Positions 38,621-47,553 of a stretch of DNA of 64,000 nucleotides are shown here, piece by piece. The notes below the pieces were generated by a model. That model made no database searches. It was not told where the DNA came from and worked only from the letters and a program-made list of their open reading frames with translations. The position numbers and the translations under genes were made by a program. Each line of letters starts with the position of its first letter. Position 1 is the stretch's first letter. The stretch comes from a virus (lineage: Duplodnaviria > Caudoviricetes), in IMG/VR virus record IMGVR_UViG_2706795974_000001, positions 1 to 64,000 of that record. The stretch is one strand, 5' to 3'.

Positions 38621-39519
38621 GTCTGTGGTCGCCCGAGGGTCCTCCGATAGATGAGGGCTACGAGGTATCTTGGGAAACAGGCGAAGGCCCAGCGCTGCCG
38701 AACTGGGAGGCCGGGTGGGGTAACATCTTTCCTGGTACCGCTGTAGATGAGATAGTGTTCGAGGACTCTGCCCTGGTTCGCAGCAAGGCTGCTATCATTG
38801 ACTCGGTTGTCTTCGAGGATGCTGTGTCTGCTTGGATAACTCGCCTGCCAAAGGATGCGGTCGACGAGTTTGTGGTAGAGGACAGTGTCTCGGCCTACAT
38901 CTCTCGACTGCCTCGAACGTTTGCCGATGAGTTTGTGGTAGAGGACTCCGTATCTGCTGCATTCACAGCGATGCCGCCAGCGACCACAACCTTTACTTCC
39001 GTTGGCTCGTTCACCTATACCATACCACCCTGGTGCAAGTACATTGACATCATCGCACTCGGCGGCGGCAAGGGTGGGCAGACCGGCTCGGGCGCAATTA
39101 ACCTGGCAGGTTCGGGTGGCCTTCCTGGACAGTGGGCTGCGGCAACCCTGCGACGAGGGGCTGACATTCCCTGGAGTGAGGCGCAGCTTACTGGAACCGT
39201 CGGAGCTGGCGGTGCAGGTGGTGCAAACTCTGATAACGCACCTGGTGGAAACGGAACGGCCTCAACCGTCACCGCCTCGGCTGGAACGCTTTCCGCTGCG
39301 GGCGGAACTGGAACGAACAGCGGGCGCGATGGCCCCGGTCCTGGCAATTACATATATCTTGGTACCGAGTACGAGGGCGGCGCGACCGCGGTGAATAACG
39401 GACAGGCTGGCAACCCACCCGGCGGCGGCGGAGCTGGCGGTAACGGTGGCATCTTCGGAATCAGAACTCGTGGTGGCGCTGGTGCGCGGGGTCAAGTGTG
39501 GATTCGAGCATACCAGTGA
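38617..39519 (+). CDS. Glycine-rich minor tail protein
   Basis: YTIPPWCKYIDIIALGGGKGG..PGGGGAGG..GARGQVWIRAY; N-terminal repeats with a 21-aa period. Confidence 0.75.
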   Translation: MSLWSPEGPPIDEGYEVSWETGEGPALPNWEAGWGNIFPGTAVDEIVFEDSALVRSKAAIIDSVVFEDAVSAWITRLPKDAVDEFVVEDSVSAYISRLPRTFADEFVVEDSVSAAFTAMPPATTTFTSVGSFTYTIPPWCKYIDIIALGGGKGGQTGSGAINLAGSGGLPGQWAAATLRRGADIPWSEAQLTGTVGAGGAGGANSDNAPGGNGTASTVTASAGTLSAAGGTGTNSGRDGPGPGNYIYLGTEYEGGATAVNNGQAGNPPGGGGAGGNGGIFGIRTRGGAGARGQVWIRAYQ

Positions 39520-39764
39520 TAGTATCTGGCACCATGACAATGGACGTAAGCGAAGGTTCGGTCATCATTCCACTAGGGTCTTCGACTACTGCCTCGAATC
39601 ATCCAGAGTACGACATTCAGTTCTCCTACGATTACGGGCCGTTCGCAGACCCCAACGCTCCGGCGTTCGACTTCCTTGCCGACAGGCTAGAGACTGACGG
39701 AACAATCACACGCAACCTGGAATGCACAAGCCTTCCAGGTCGAGTCACGATAGCGAAGGTATGA
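39516..39764 (+). CDS. Hypothetical protein
   Basis: GTGA overlap with the preceding gene; same operon. Confidence 0.6.
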   Translation: MIVSGTMTMDVSEGSVIIPLGSSTTASNHPEYDIQFSYDYGPFADPNAPAFDFLADRLETDGTITRNLECTSLPGRVTIAKV

Positions 39765-39765
39765 G

Positions 39766-40131
39766 ATGGCAAAAACGAACGTCCACAAGCGGGCCTTGGC
39801 CGACGCCGCTGCGGCGATGGGCAACCGAGTTAAGCTGCACTCGGGAGACCCTGGCACCAGCGGAGCAAACCTCATCACCACAACTCCCGCTTACGCTAAC
39901 ACCACCTGGGCGGCAGCGGTTGATGGCACTGGTAGTGACACAGGCAAGGCGGTAGTTGTGGGCTCGGCTGTGAGCTTGCAGATTCCACCCAACACGACTG
40001 CATCTCACTACGGAATATACACTTCGGGTGATGTGTTTTTGCGTGGCGGAGCACTTGCCGAAGGTGCTATATCCTCCACCGCATCTGGCGCCGTCACCAT
40101 CGACGTGTCACCTGTACTCAAGGTGAGCTAG
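39766..40131 (+). CDS. Small tail-associated protein
   Basis: VKLHSGDPGTSGAN..HYGIY motif seen in actinophage tail regions. Confidence 0.6.
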   Translation: MAKTNVHKRALADAAAAMGNRVKLHSGDPGTSGANLITTTPAYANTTWAAAVDGTGSDTGKAVVVGSAVSLQIPPNTTASHYGIYTSGDVFLRGGALAEGAISSTASGAVTIDVSPVLKVS

Positions 40132-40147
40132 TTGCCGAGTTCAATGC

Positions 40148-40176
40148 TTGACCTGTAGTACCAATCACTGTATAAT
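40148..40176 (+). promoter_or_regulatory. Near-consensus SigA promoter for the lysis cassette
   Basis: TTGACC-17 bp-TATAAT. Confidence 0.8.
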
Positions 40177-40201
40177 TGGGCCATCTCAAACTGGAGGTAG
40201 C

Positions 40202-40639
40202 ATGACCAACAACTTGCCACTGGCACCCGGTTCGGTGCCCAGCGCACCGCCGAACATCTTCAACATTCGCTCGAAGAACGACGTCATCGCACTGTTGTAC
40301 TTCGCCATCCCGATGGTGCTGGGCATCCTTGTTATCTATGGTGCCATCGACAACAACACCGCACTCTTCTGGGGCGGCGCAGCGACCTCGATCATTCAGC
40401 TGATCTTCCAGTTCGTCCGCACACAGGAATACGCGCGTCGCGCAATCTACACAATCTTGAACCTCGTCAACGCAGGACTCCTGATCTACGTCGCGGGCTG
40501 GAGCCCCGAGCACCTCGAGAATCTGATGCCACTGCTGGCCCTCCTGCTGGGCGGCACCGCAGCCGGTATCGGCAGCCAGAACGTCAACACCACCGGAGAC
40601 GGCACAGCTCTCCGCGTCGTTGACGGAGAGGTTGTCTGA
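40202..40639 (+). CDS. Holin-like membrane protein
   Basis: About four hydrophobic segments; GGAGG RBS; first gene of the lysis cassette. Confidence 0.65.
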   Translation: MTNNLPLAPGSVPSAPPNIFNIRSKNDVIALLYFAIPMVLGILVIYGAIDNNTALFWGGAATSIIQLIFQFVRTQEYARRAIYTILNLVNAGLLIYVAGWSPEHLENLMPLLALLLGGTAAGIGSQNVNTTGDGTALRVVDGEVV

Positions 40640-40659
40640 CCCGCGCATCCGCATTGCAG

Positions 40660-40697
40660 AGCGCGGGCCTGGAGTCTTACTCCTAGCCCGCGCTTTT
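40660..40697 (+). terminator. Hairpin with a short U-tract between the holin and lysin genes
   Basis: AGCGCGGGC..GGAG-TCTTA-CTCC..GCCCGCGCT-TTT. Confidence 0.5.
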
Positions 40698-40714
40698 GCA
40701 GATTGGAGATAAGA

Positions 40715-41035
40715 ATGATCGTCTACCACAGGAACAACTTCCGCCAAGAGTCCTACCCAGAAACCGAAGATCATGTTCGCCGACACATCTCCTCGATCGC
40801 CAGCGCAACCGATGATGAGTTCGAGTTCTACGACCAGGTGAAGATCGAGACGACACAGATCGACCACGGCTGGCGCGTGTACGGGGAGCTCGACCGCGAT
40901 CCGGCCTACGACTACACGGTGCCAGAAGACTTCGAGATGCCCGGCGAGGACGAATACCAGAGAGGGTTCGGCGAGCGCTGCATGACACCAGAGGAGCTCC
41001 AGGAGCACCTGCTCAAGAAGGAGGGGCTCGCGTGA
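40715..41035 (+). CDS. Hypothetical protein
   Basis: GGAG RBS; GTGA overlap with the amidase gene. Confidence 0.7.
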   Translation: MIVYHRNNFRQESYPETEDHVRRHISSIASATDDEFEFYDQVKIETTQIDHGWRVYGELDRDPAYDYTVPEDFEMPGEDEYQRGFGERCMTPEELQEHLLKKEGLA

Positions 41036-41667
41036 ACGGAGCTCAAGTCATTGGCGCCATTGCCAGGCGCAATGTAGAACTCGGCGGCAGGTCTGTCTAT
41101 ACCAGGGGCTGGGAGACTCGGGGTAACGGTCAGTCGCCCGCCTACCAGGGCCTGCTCCTGCATCACACGGCAGGAGGGCGCAATGTCAACATCGACCAAA
41201 TCCTCATCGACGGACGCTGGGACCTTTCGGGACCGCTGTGCAACTTTTGCATCATGTACGATGGGGACCTTGGGGTCATTTCTGCAAACCCTGCGAACCA
41301 CGCTGGCGCGAGCGGAGGCTGGGATACGTCTCCGTTTCCGCGCACTGGTCTCTTCAATCGCCAGATCATTGGCTGCGAAATCCAGTACCCAGGCGTCGAG
41401 CCCATGTCCAACGCTCAGTACGAGACCGCGAAGCGACTCTCCATTGCCACGCTAGAAGTACTCGGCAAGCCCCGTGATACCCGCTGGATTAAGTTTCATC
41501 AGGGTACGTCCATAGAGGGCAAGTGGGACCCTGGTTACGCAAATGGTAAGACCTACAACATCTCGGAGTTCCGCAAGGACGTACTCGGGATGCGGCCGAC
41601 AGGAGAGGATGAGAACAGCGCGGCCTGGCTCGACAACTATCGCCAGCTGTTCGGGTACCCAGAATGA
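41032..41667 (+). CDS. Endolysin: N-acetylmuramoyl-L-alanine amidase (Amidase_2)
   Basis: LLLHHTAG, ANHAG, IGCEIQ, KFHQ..GKWDPG Zn-amidase motifs. Confidence 0.88.
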   Translation: MNGAQVIGAIARRNVELGGRSVYTRGWETRGNGQSPAYQGLLLHHTAGGRNVNIDQILIDGRWDLSGPLCNFCIMYDGDLGVISANPANHAGASGGWDTSPFPRTGLFNRQIIGCEIQYPGVEPMSNAQYETAKRLSIATLEVLGKPRDTRWIKFHQGTSIEGKWDPGYANGKTYNISEFRKDVLGMRPTGEDENSAAWLDNYRQLFGYPE

Positions 41668-42497
41668 CCACTCGCTACCATCCCCTCAAGAAGGGGTACA
41701 TCATCACCAGCCCCTTTGGCTGGCGAGCGTTCGATAACGCGGTGCACCAAGGTATCGACTTCGGAGCCTCTAACGGGACCGCCGCCGGATGGGACGTGCA
41801 CGCCATACAGGCTGGGACCGTGTTGTACATAGGGGCAGCGCAGGGGTACGGTGGACCCGCGCCGCACGGGTGGATCGTGATTGATTCCGACGATTCGCAG
41901 GGTTCAGGTGTGTTCGAGTACGGACACATCACCGCAGTCAGCGAACTCAGGGTTGGCTCCAAGGTGAGTGCCGGACAGAGGATTGCCACCGTCAATCCAA
42001 ACAAGGCTACCAATGGTGGAGTTGCCCCTCACCTGCACGTCTCGTATATGCCCTACGAGTACAACCCGAGCAAGAAGAAGGACTTCGCCCCCCTTCTCAA
42101 CGGAGCTCTGTACCCAGGTCAAGCCGCGACACCAGAACCTGCACCTGCACCATCAACCGGAGGGACCAACATGTCTCATGCATCTGATGTACGAGTTCAG
42201 CTGAGGGGGCCAGGCGATAACGGCTGGACCCAGCTAGCACCGCAGCCCGATGAAAAGGGCAATCGGTTCAGCATCTTCAAGGGCAAGAACGTCACCGCCC
42301 AGACGGTGGTCGAGGCACTAGCCACTGTCGTCTTCGAGTTGACCTACCGCCTGCCGAGCGCTGGACGCGGGTTCAACGACTACAAGGCTCGCAAGGGGGA
42401 CACAGTCCTCGGCCTGGCTGGAAACGCAGCAGCCATCGCCGCCGAAAACCAGGTTATCCTCAAGGACATTCAAGCCAAGCTCGACGCCAAGGGGTAG
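41664..42497 (+). CDS. Endolysin: M23 peptidase with a C-terminal actinophage lysin domain
   Basis: HQGIDFG, FEYGHI and PHLHVS motifs; C-terminal DVRVQLRG..GWTQL. Confidence 0.88.
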   Translation: MTTRYHPLKKGYIITSPFGWRAFDNAVHQGIDFGASNGTAAGWDVHAIQAGTVLYIGAAQGYGGPAPHGWIVIDSDDSQGSGVFEYGHITAVSELRVGSKVSAGQRIATVNPNKATNGGVAPHLHVSYMPYEYNPSKKKDFAPLLNGALYPGQAATPEPAPAPSTGGTNMSHASDVRVQLRGPGDNGWTQLAPQPDEKGNRFSIFKGKNVTAQTVVEALATVVFELTYRLPSAGRGFNDYKARKGDTVLGLAGNAAAIAAENQVILKDIQAKLDAKG

Positions 42498-42502
42498 GGG
42501 CT

Positions 42503-42955
42503 ATGGGCTGGCGGTTCAGGCCCCTCGAGGATAGCAGCCCAGCTGTTCCCGACAAGGTGGAGGCCATGAAGCTCTACCTTGCGATAGAGTCCTATGCGTT
42601 ATCAGCGTTCGCCATCTACTATGGTCTGTTGACCTACAGGTTTGGAGAATCCCTCTGGCCACCAGGACGCAGCGCGCTGTCGGTGCCTTATGCGCCGCAG
42701 TCGTGGGGAACTGCAATGATCGTACTTGCGATCCTCACCATGATTGTCTCTCACAGGAGAATCAGATGGTCCAAGTATGTATCACTGACGATGAAACTGA
42801 TGTGTCTAGTGTGGGGAGTGTTCTCCGCTACGTTCGTCATAGACATCGTCTTTCACAGCGCAGGCCCCAATGCGTACCCGCCGATGGGGGTGTACTTTCT
42901 CCTGGCAGTAGCCTGCGCGAACCGATCAAGTCTGGAGGATCAATGGCGAGCTTGA
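42503..42955 (+). CDS. Membrane protein (lysis cassette)
   Basis: Four hydrophobic segments. Confidence 0.7.
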   Translation: MGWRFRPLEDSSPAVPDKVEAMKLYLAIESYALSAFAIYYGLLTYRFGESLWPPGRSALSVPYAPQSWGTAMIVLAILTMIVSHRRIRWSKYVSLTMKLMCLVWGVFSATFVIDIVFHSAGPNAYPPMGVYFLLAVACANRSSLEDQWRA

Positions 42956-43491
42956 GGCGTGCCACCCTGCATGGCACTGCTGCTATTCGCACTACATTAC
43001 GAGCAGTATTAGGCCACACGAGGGTCGTCGCTTCAGGCTCATATCCATTGTACAGACTGGTTTGTCTGTTCGGAATCATAAGCGCACTCTTGGCGTTCGC
43101 ATACCGGCAGTGGCCTCCATCATTTGCGGAGTCTACCGATGGGAATCTTTTTGCAGGGATCGTGTTCTCGGGTATGCAACTCGTCGGATGCACTTCCATC
43201 ATCGTTGGTATGTACCTTCACGGCGAGGTCAACCCTAAGCCGACCAGGGTCCAGACGTCACTGGCTGTTGAGCGATTCGGGACAGTACTACTCATTCCGG
43301 TCATCGCTACCTACACATACGGAGTGATACTGAACAACCAGGGACCGCCCACGACCTGGGCAACGAGCGCGCTGTTTGCGTTCGGCCTGTACCTGGTGAT
43401 CCGGTTCTTTGAGATCGGTCGAGCACTGAAGGAAGTTCAAAGGCCGCTTGAAGAATGCCGCCGCGATCCACAGGGAGATGAGTGTGAATGA
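42943..43491 (+). CDS. Membrane protein (lysis cassette)
   Basis: GGAGG RBS before ATG 42943; about four hydrophobic segments. Confidence 0.7.
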   Translation: MASLRRATLHGTAAIRTTLRAVLGHTRVVASGSYPLYRLVCLFGIISALLAFAYRQWPPSFAESTDGNLFAGIVFSGMQLVGCTSIIVGMYLHGEVNPKPTRVQTSLAVERFGTVLLIPVIATYTYGVILNNQGPPTTWATSALFAFGLYLVIRFFEIGRALKEVQRPLEECRRDPQGDECE

Positions 43492-43816
43492 CGTCATCAC
43501 TCTGCTGCTTGGTGGAGGGCTTGCAGCGAGTATTATCGAAATCGTCAAGTTTGTTGCAACTCGTCAGCAGGTAAAGCGCAAGGACGAGGCGGCCTCCAAC
43601 AACGAGAATGCTAGCGCACAGGCAACCATCGGCGGCGCCTGGAGGGAGCTGTGGCAGACCAACGAGCAGTGGTCCAGGGAACTAGAAAAGCTTGTGAAGC
43701 ACGAACGGGAGAAGAGCGAGAAGCTTGTGGACCTTGTCCAAAAAGCAGCCCGCCTTCTCCCGTCGGATCAGGCCGATCCCATTCTTGATGAGATGCATGT
43801 GATACGGAGTTCTTAA
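43484..43816 (+). CDS. Membrane-anchored coiled-coil protein (lysis cassette)
   Basis: N-terminal ITLLLGGGLAASII segment followed by a coiled-coil. Confidence 0.65.
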   Translation: MNDVITLLLGGGLAASIIEIVKFVATRQQVKRKDEAASNNENASAQATIGGAWRELWQTNEQWSRELEKLVKHEREKSEKLVDLVQKAARLLPSDQADPILDEMHVIRSS

Positions 43817-44058
43817 TACTCCGAGTCCATTCGGTGGCGAGGATGGGGAGTCTCGTCACCTACGAGCGGCCCATGACGACTGAAGTCATGGGCCGCTCCT
43901 TCTTCTTTGCACGGCTTGTCTGTGCCTTCGAGCCGACCGCACTTGCTGCAGTACTTCTTCATAACGGTTACTCCCAACACGCGGTTGAGGAACCAACCCA
44001 GTACAACGAGACCGCCAACGATCAAGCTGTACAGGGTCCACTCAGCCACTGTATTCAT
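43813..44058 (-). CDS. Small membrane protein with a CxxC motif
   Basis: N-terminal TM helix, then YCSKCG; converges on the lysis operon. Confidence 0.55.
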   Translation of the reverse strand: MNTVAEWTLYSLIVGGLVVLGWFLNRVLGVTVMKKYCSKCGRLEGTDKPCKEEGAAHDFSRHGPLVGDETPHPRHRMDSEY

Positions 44059-44059
44059 T

Positions 44060-45262
44060 CTACTCCTTGATAAGCCTCGGCACCACCTTGGGCCGGGGTT
44101 CGCCGATACTCTCTCGGACTGACGAGCGCAACCTTGACTTCTGGATGGGAGTCAAGGCGTTGCCCTTCAGCAGCTTATCGACTTCGCTGTTGTTAATCTT
44201 TCCCATCGAAGAGAACAGATTATCACCAATGATCTCGCGCACCGTTGCCGGATCATAAGACTTGCGCCGGGACGACTTGAACGCAACGTGGAAGTTCTCC
44301 GTGTCGAACTCGATCTCGTCAGACTCAATGGCGGACTTGAGGAGTTCTTCCTGGACTTCCTCGATGGCTTGCCTGATTGCCTTCTGCGCACCTTCGAGTT
44401 CTGCATACCGGCGAGCCATTGCGTCGCGGTCGCCAGCCAGCATCATAATTCCGCCCGCCTCAATGTTCTTTGTGAGCTCAGGACAGGTTGCTTTGACCGG
44501 GCAGAACTGGCACTCCGAGTTGAGCGTGCGCTTGCCAGGCTCTGGCTCAGCGATAATACGCTCAGCAACCTTGCGGATGTACTTCCAAGTTGCAACGTTG
44601 TCGTCGCGTGTGAACTTCACTTCGACTGGGTCGTAGCGGAGCTGATCGAAGCAGACCCAAATCTCATCGGGGTTGAGCTCGAAACCCAGCTCCTTCTCGA
44701 TCTCCTTCTTGGCTAGCATGATTGCCATACCATAGAGTCTGCCCTGCGGCTTCTGTCGAAGTGCTTCGGGGGTGAGGTGCTGTCGCCAGGTCTTGTAGTC
44801 CACAATGCGAACGATGGACTTTCCATCTTCCTCGAACCGATCGAGCCGGTCGAAGATGAAGGTGTAGGGCTTAGGTCCTGCCGACGTCTTGATCTCCACT
44901 TTAATCTTGCGCTCGACCATGAGCACCTCGACGTTTTCGAGTTGGGTGCGCTGGAACCAACGCTCCAGCATCTCAATTCCGTCTGCGTACCAAGGGTCTT
45001 TGGGGTCGGGCACCCGGTTGAACTGCTTCATGAAGTTCTGCTTAAAGAACGCCACGATGTCCGGCCAGTCCATGTCGTGAGTCTTGTCGATGTGCGCGCG
45101 CTGAACGATGATCTCCAGCGTGTCGTGAACCGCGGTGCCCAGACGCGCTGGCTCTGAACTACCTCCTGGGGTGGGCACGCGGTCAACCATCTCGACCTGG
45201 TACCGATAGGTGCAGCCCTCGAACACCTGGATGGACGATGCCGAGATGGATCGAAGTTCCAC
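44060..45262 (-). CDS. Cas4/RecB-like PD-(D/E)XK exonuclease
   Basis: SISASSI..C, LGTAVHDTLE, FDRLD, IVDYKT, QGRLY and C-terminal CQFCPVKATC. Confidence 0.85.
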   Translation of the reverse strand: MELRSISASSIQVFEGCTYRYQVEMVDRVPTPGGSSEPARLGTAVHDTLEIIVQRAHIDKTHDMDWPDIVAFFKQNFMKQFNRVPDPKDPWYADGIEMLERWFQRTQLENVEVLMVERKIKVEIKTSAGPKPYTFIFDRLDRFEEDGKSIVRIVDYKTWRQHLTPEALRQKPQGRLYGMAIMLAKKEIEKELGFELNPDEIWVCFDQLRYDPVEVKFTRDDNVATWKYIRKVAERIIAEPEPGKRTLNSECQFCPVKATCPELTKNIEAGGIMMLAGDRDAMARRYAELEGAQKAIRQAIEEVQEELLKSAIESDEIEFDTENFHVAFKSSRRKSYDPATVREIIGDNLFSSMGKINNSEVDKLLKGNALTPIQKSRLRSSVRESIGEPRPKVVPRLIKE

Positions 45263-45606
45263 TACTTGGCTCCTCTCTTAGTGGTTACGCCGCCCCAGAT
45301 TCCGTCGGTCGAACCAGTGCGCTCGCGGTAGTCGAGGCACTCCTGTCTTACTGGGCAGCTCATGCAAATCTTCTTCGCGCGATTGGCGCGGGCCGCTTGT
45401 CCCCGGCCAGGGAAGAATGCGTCTGGATCGTGGTACCCTACACAGAGGGCGCGCTCGGTCCATTCTTCGGGGATGAGACTGAAGGAGGCTTGGGGCCCGG
45501 TGTCGCCGGGGCTTCCGAACTCTTCCCCTTCTCCGCAGTCGCAGGCTTCTCCGGTCCTGTCGGGTCGAAGAGAGAGGGCTGCGCAGATTCCGTTGCATCT
45601 AAAGGG
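45262..45606 (-). CDS. whiB: WhiB-family Fe-S transcription factor domain in a frame lacking a start codon (reached by a -1 shift from ORF 45438..45860)
   Basis: Translated by hand: WTERALCVGYHDPDAFFP..AKKICMSCPVRQECLDY..GIWGG, with four Cys and GIWGG. Its TAG overlaps the nuclease GTG (TAGTG). Confidence 0.9.
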   Translation of the reverse strand, partial: PFRCNGICAALSLRPDRTGEACDCGEGEEFGSPGDTGPQASFSLIPEEWTERALCVGYHDPDAFFPGRGQAARANRAKKICMSCPVRQECLDYRERTGSTDGIWGGVTTKRGAK

Positions 45607-45860
45607 CGGCGCCCCCCGCGCATTTCGAGCTCGAATGCTGTGGTTGGTTCGCCCTCTCCGAACAGCTCGCTGGCGTCACGCTCGGCGTCGGTCTTGGCGT
45701 TGCTCTCGTTGGAGAAGGCCGTCTCCTGAAGGTGCGACTCGAAGGCCGTTTGGGTCGGTGCCTTCGCTCGAAAATCCTGGAACCCCTCCTGATCCATACC
45801 TCCGCGGATCGGGTGCATCTCGTCGGGCCCAGCCGGGCGCTTGAATTGCTGTTCAGTCAC
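45438..45860 (-). CDS. Hypothetical acidic protein; N-terminal partner of WhiB (unshifted product)
   Basis: AAGGAG RBS before the GTG; strong codon bias over about the first 85 codons. Confidence 0.75.
   Translation of the reverse strand: MTEQQFKRPAGPDEMHPIRGGMDQEGFQDFRAKAPTQTAFESHLQETAFSNESNAKTDAERDASELFGEGEPTTAFELEMRGGRRPLDATESAQPSLFDPTGPEKPATAEKGKSSEAPATPGPKPPSVSSPKNGPSAPSV
45600..45606 (-). other. Candidate -1 slippery heptamer C CCT TTA
   Basis: 0-frame CGC CCT TTA; -1 frame CCC TTT AGA leads into WhiB. A G6 run lies 5 nt upstream. Confidence 0.6.
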
Positions 45861-46211
45861 AGTGACTCCTTGACGTCGGTGGTGGTGCTAGGTCACGATA
45901 CCATGACGGGCACGGCATCGGGCCATCGGTTAGCGCGCCGGTCGCGGGTAATGAAGTCGAAGAAGTACTCGTCGAATAACTCTGCGATCATTACTGTCGC
46001 TCGGTGCTCGATCTTGGTCCACCAGTGCTTGCGGTGCTTGCCGTTACGCTTCATCTACAGCCTTCCCATCTTGATAAGTCGAACTATCTCGAACACTCCG
46101 AGCTGCCTCCAGCCCTTCATTCGCTTCCAGTATGACCCGCAGACGGGGCACTTGACTACCGTGCCCTCGCCTGCGGACTCACTGCCCATCACCACCGAGT
46201 CGCAGCATTCC

Positions 46212-46931
46212 CTAGAGGTCGGCGAACAGGTCATCGCCTTCGCTCTCTAGCTTTCGTGCTGACGCTTCGTACCGCGCCGGATCGAGCTCGATGGCAACGG
46301 CATTTCTACCACAGTTCCGAGCCGCTCGGACGAGACTCCCCGACCCTCCGAAGGGGTCCACAAGGAAGGCACCCTCCTTTGTGGAATGCCTGATAAGAAT
46401 CTCAAGCAGAGCCGTCGGCTTTTCGTGCGGATGGATGAGCTGATTCGGCCTGAGCTGCGGGATATGTAGTACACCGTTGCGCCGCTTGGCATATCGAGGC
46501 GCACGACCCTTCTTGAAGTACAGGATAAACTCGTGACCCTGACCCCACGACTCCAGATCGCCCATGCCAGGGCCATCCTTCTCCCAAACGAGGACAGCCT
46601 TGCGGTTGAACCCGAACTGGGGGGCGAACTCGTCGAGCATGACCAGCCAGTCCGAGAGAACCTGATACGAAGTGAACACGTAAAGGTCGGAGTGCTCCTT
46701 CGTCTTGGGCAGGAGGACTGACATGACATCCTTGAAGACCTTGATGGCGACCTCGGGGCTCTCATCATTAGCGATCTTTGTGGCATACTTCTTTCCGGCC
46801 TCGGTCACTGCCATGTTCGACAGGTTATCGACACCAAAGGGCGGGTCTGTGATAATGCAGTCCACCGACCCTTCTTTGAAGCGCTGGCAGAGCTCAACAG
46901 AATCGCCCTGCCAGATCTGATGTACTTTCAT
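46212..46931 (-). CDS. DNA methyltransferase (N6-A/N4-C, beta class)
   Basis: Motif IV TDPPFG precedes HPHEKP and motif I DPFGGSGS. Confidence 0.9.
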   Translation of the reverse strand: MKVHQIWQGDSVELCQRFKEGSVDCIITDPPFGVDNLSNMAVTEAGKKYATKIANDESPEVAIKVFKDVMSVLLPKTKEHSDLYVFTSYQVLSDWLVMLDEFAPQFGFNRKAVLVWEKDGPGMGDLESWGQGHEFILYFKKGRAPRYAKRRNGVLHIPQLRPNQLIHPHEKPTALLEILIRHSTKEGAFLVDPFGGSGSLVRAARNCGRNAVAIELDPARYEASARKLESEGDDLFADL

Positions 46932-47053
46932 ATCACCTTCTATAAGAGGTAGTGATGGGGGTCATATGGATCAGAGTCGTCAGAACCGCGCCCAATACTC
47001 GCCTAGCGCGCTGATCCGTATCGTTACCGCGAGTTCGACCACCATCCCAGCAA

Positions 47054-47323
47054 CTACTGGAAGACGATCTCGTCGTCGTCTGCGAACTCCACCTCGTCCA
47101 GCTCGATACCTACGATCGTGCCGCCAAGCTCTGCAACCAGAGTCTCGACGTCGGGGATGCTGCTGACGAGGTCATCGACAGCATCTTCGGCAAGTTCGAT
47201 CTTGTCGTCACTCTCCAGCTCGGAGACGTCCTCGAGTTCGAGCTCCGTGAGCTTCTCTTCCAGCGCGTCTTCGTCGATCTTTACGGATGCGTCCTCGAGC
47301 TCGATCTTCAGGGTCACGATCAT
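47054..47323 (-). CDS. Highly acidic small protein
   Basis: GGAGG RBS; very rich in D/E. Confidence 0.75.
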   Translation of the reverse strand: MIVTLKIELEDASVKIDEDALEEKLTELELEDVSELESDDKIELAEDAVDDLVSSIPDVETLVAELGGTIVGIELDEVEFADDDEIVFQ

Positions 47324-47325
47324 GT

Positions 47326-47553
47326 TCAGTTACCTCCTGCGTTGGTTTCGTCCTGTTCGATTGACTTGACACTGATGGCGACGTCGCCGCCGAAGTTGTA
47401 GATGACGTCCTCGAGTGCAACCTCGCCAGCAGTGAACAGTTGCAGGTCGTACTCGACCGCCTCCTGGATGGATGTGACCGGGGTCTCTGACATCTTGTAG
47501 TTGTCGAGGTCGATCTTTGGATCGTCAATCTCGATGATTAGGTTGATCTTCAT
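47326..47553 (-). CDS. Acidic hypothetical protein
   Basis: ATGA overlap with the upstream gene. Confidence 0.7.
   Translation of the reverse strand: MKINLIIEIDDPKIDLDNYKMSETPVTSIQEAVEYDLQLFTAGEVALEDVIYNFGGDVAISVKSIEQDETNAGGN

Noticed and set aside
44060-45262. Cas4-like nuclease as evidence of a CRISPR system
   Set aside because: Stand-alone PD-(D/E)XK nucleases are common actinophage recombination genes, and no cas1, cas2 or array is present.
45278-45598. 106-aa track ORF over the WhiB region
   Set aside because: Arg/Pro-rich out-of-frame translation with no RBS. The WhiB frame carries the conserved domain and the stop/start coupling.
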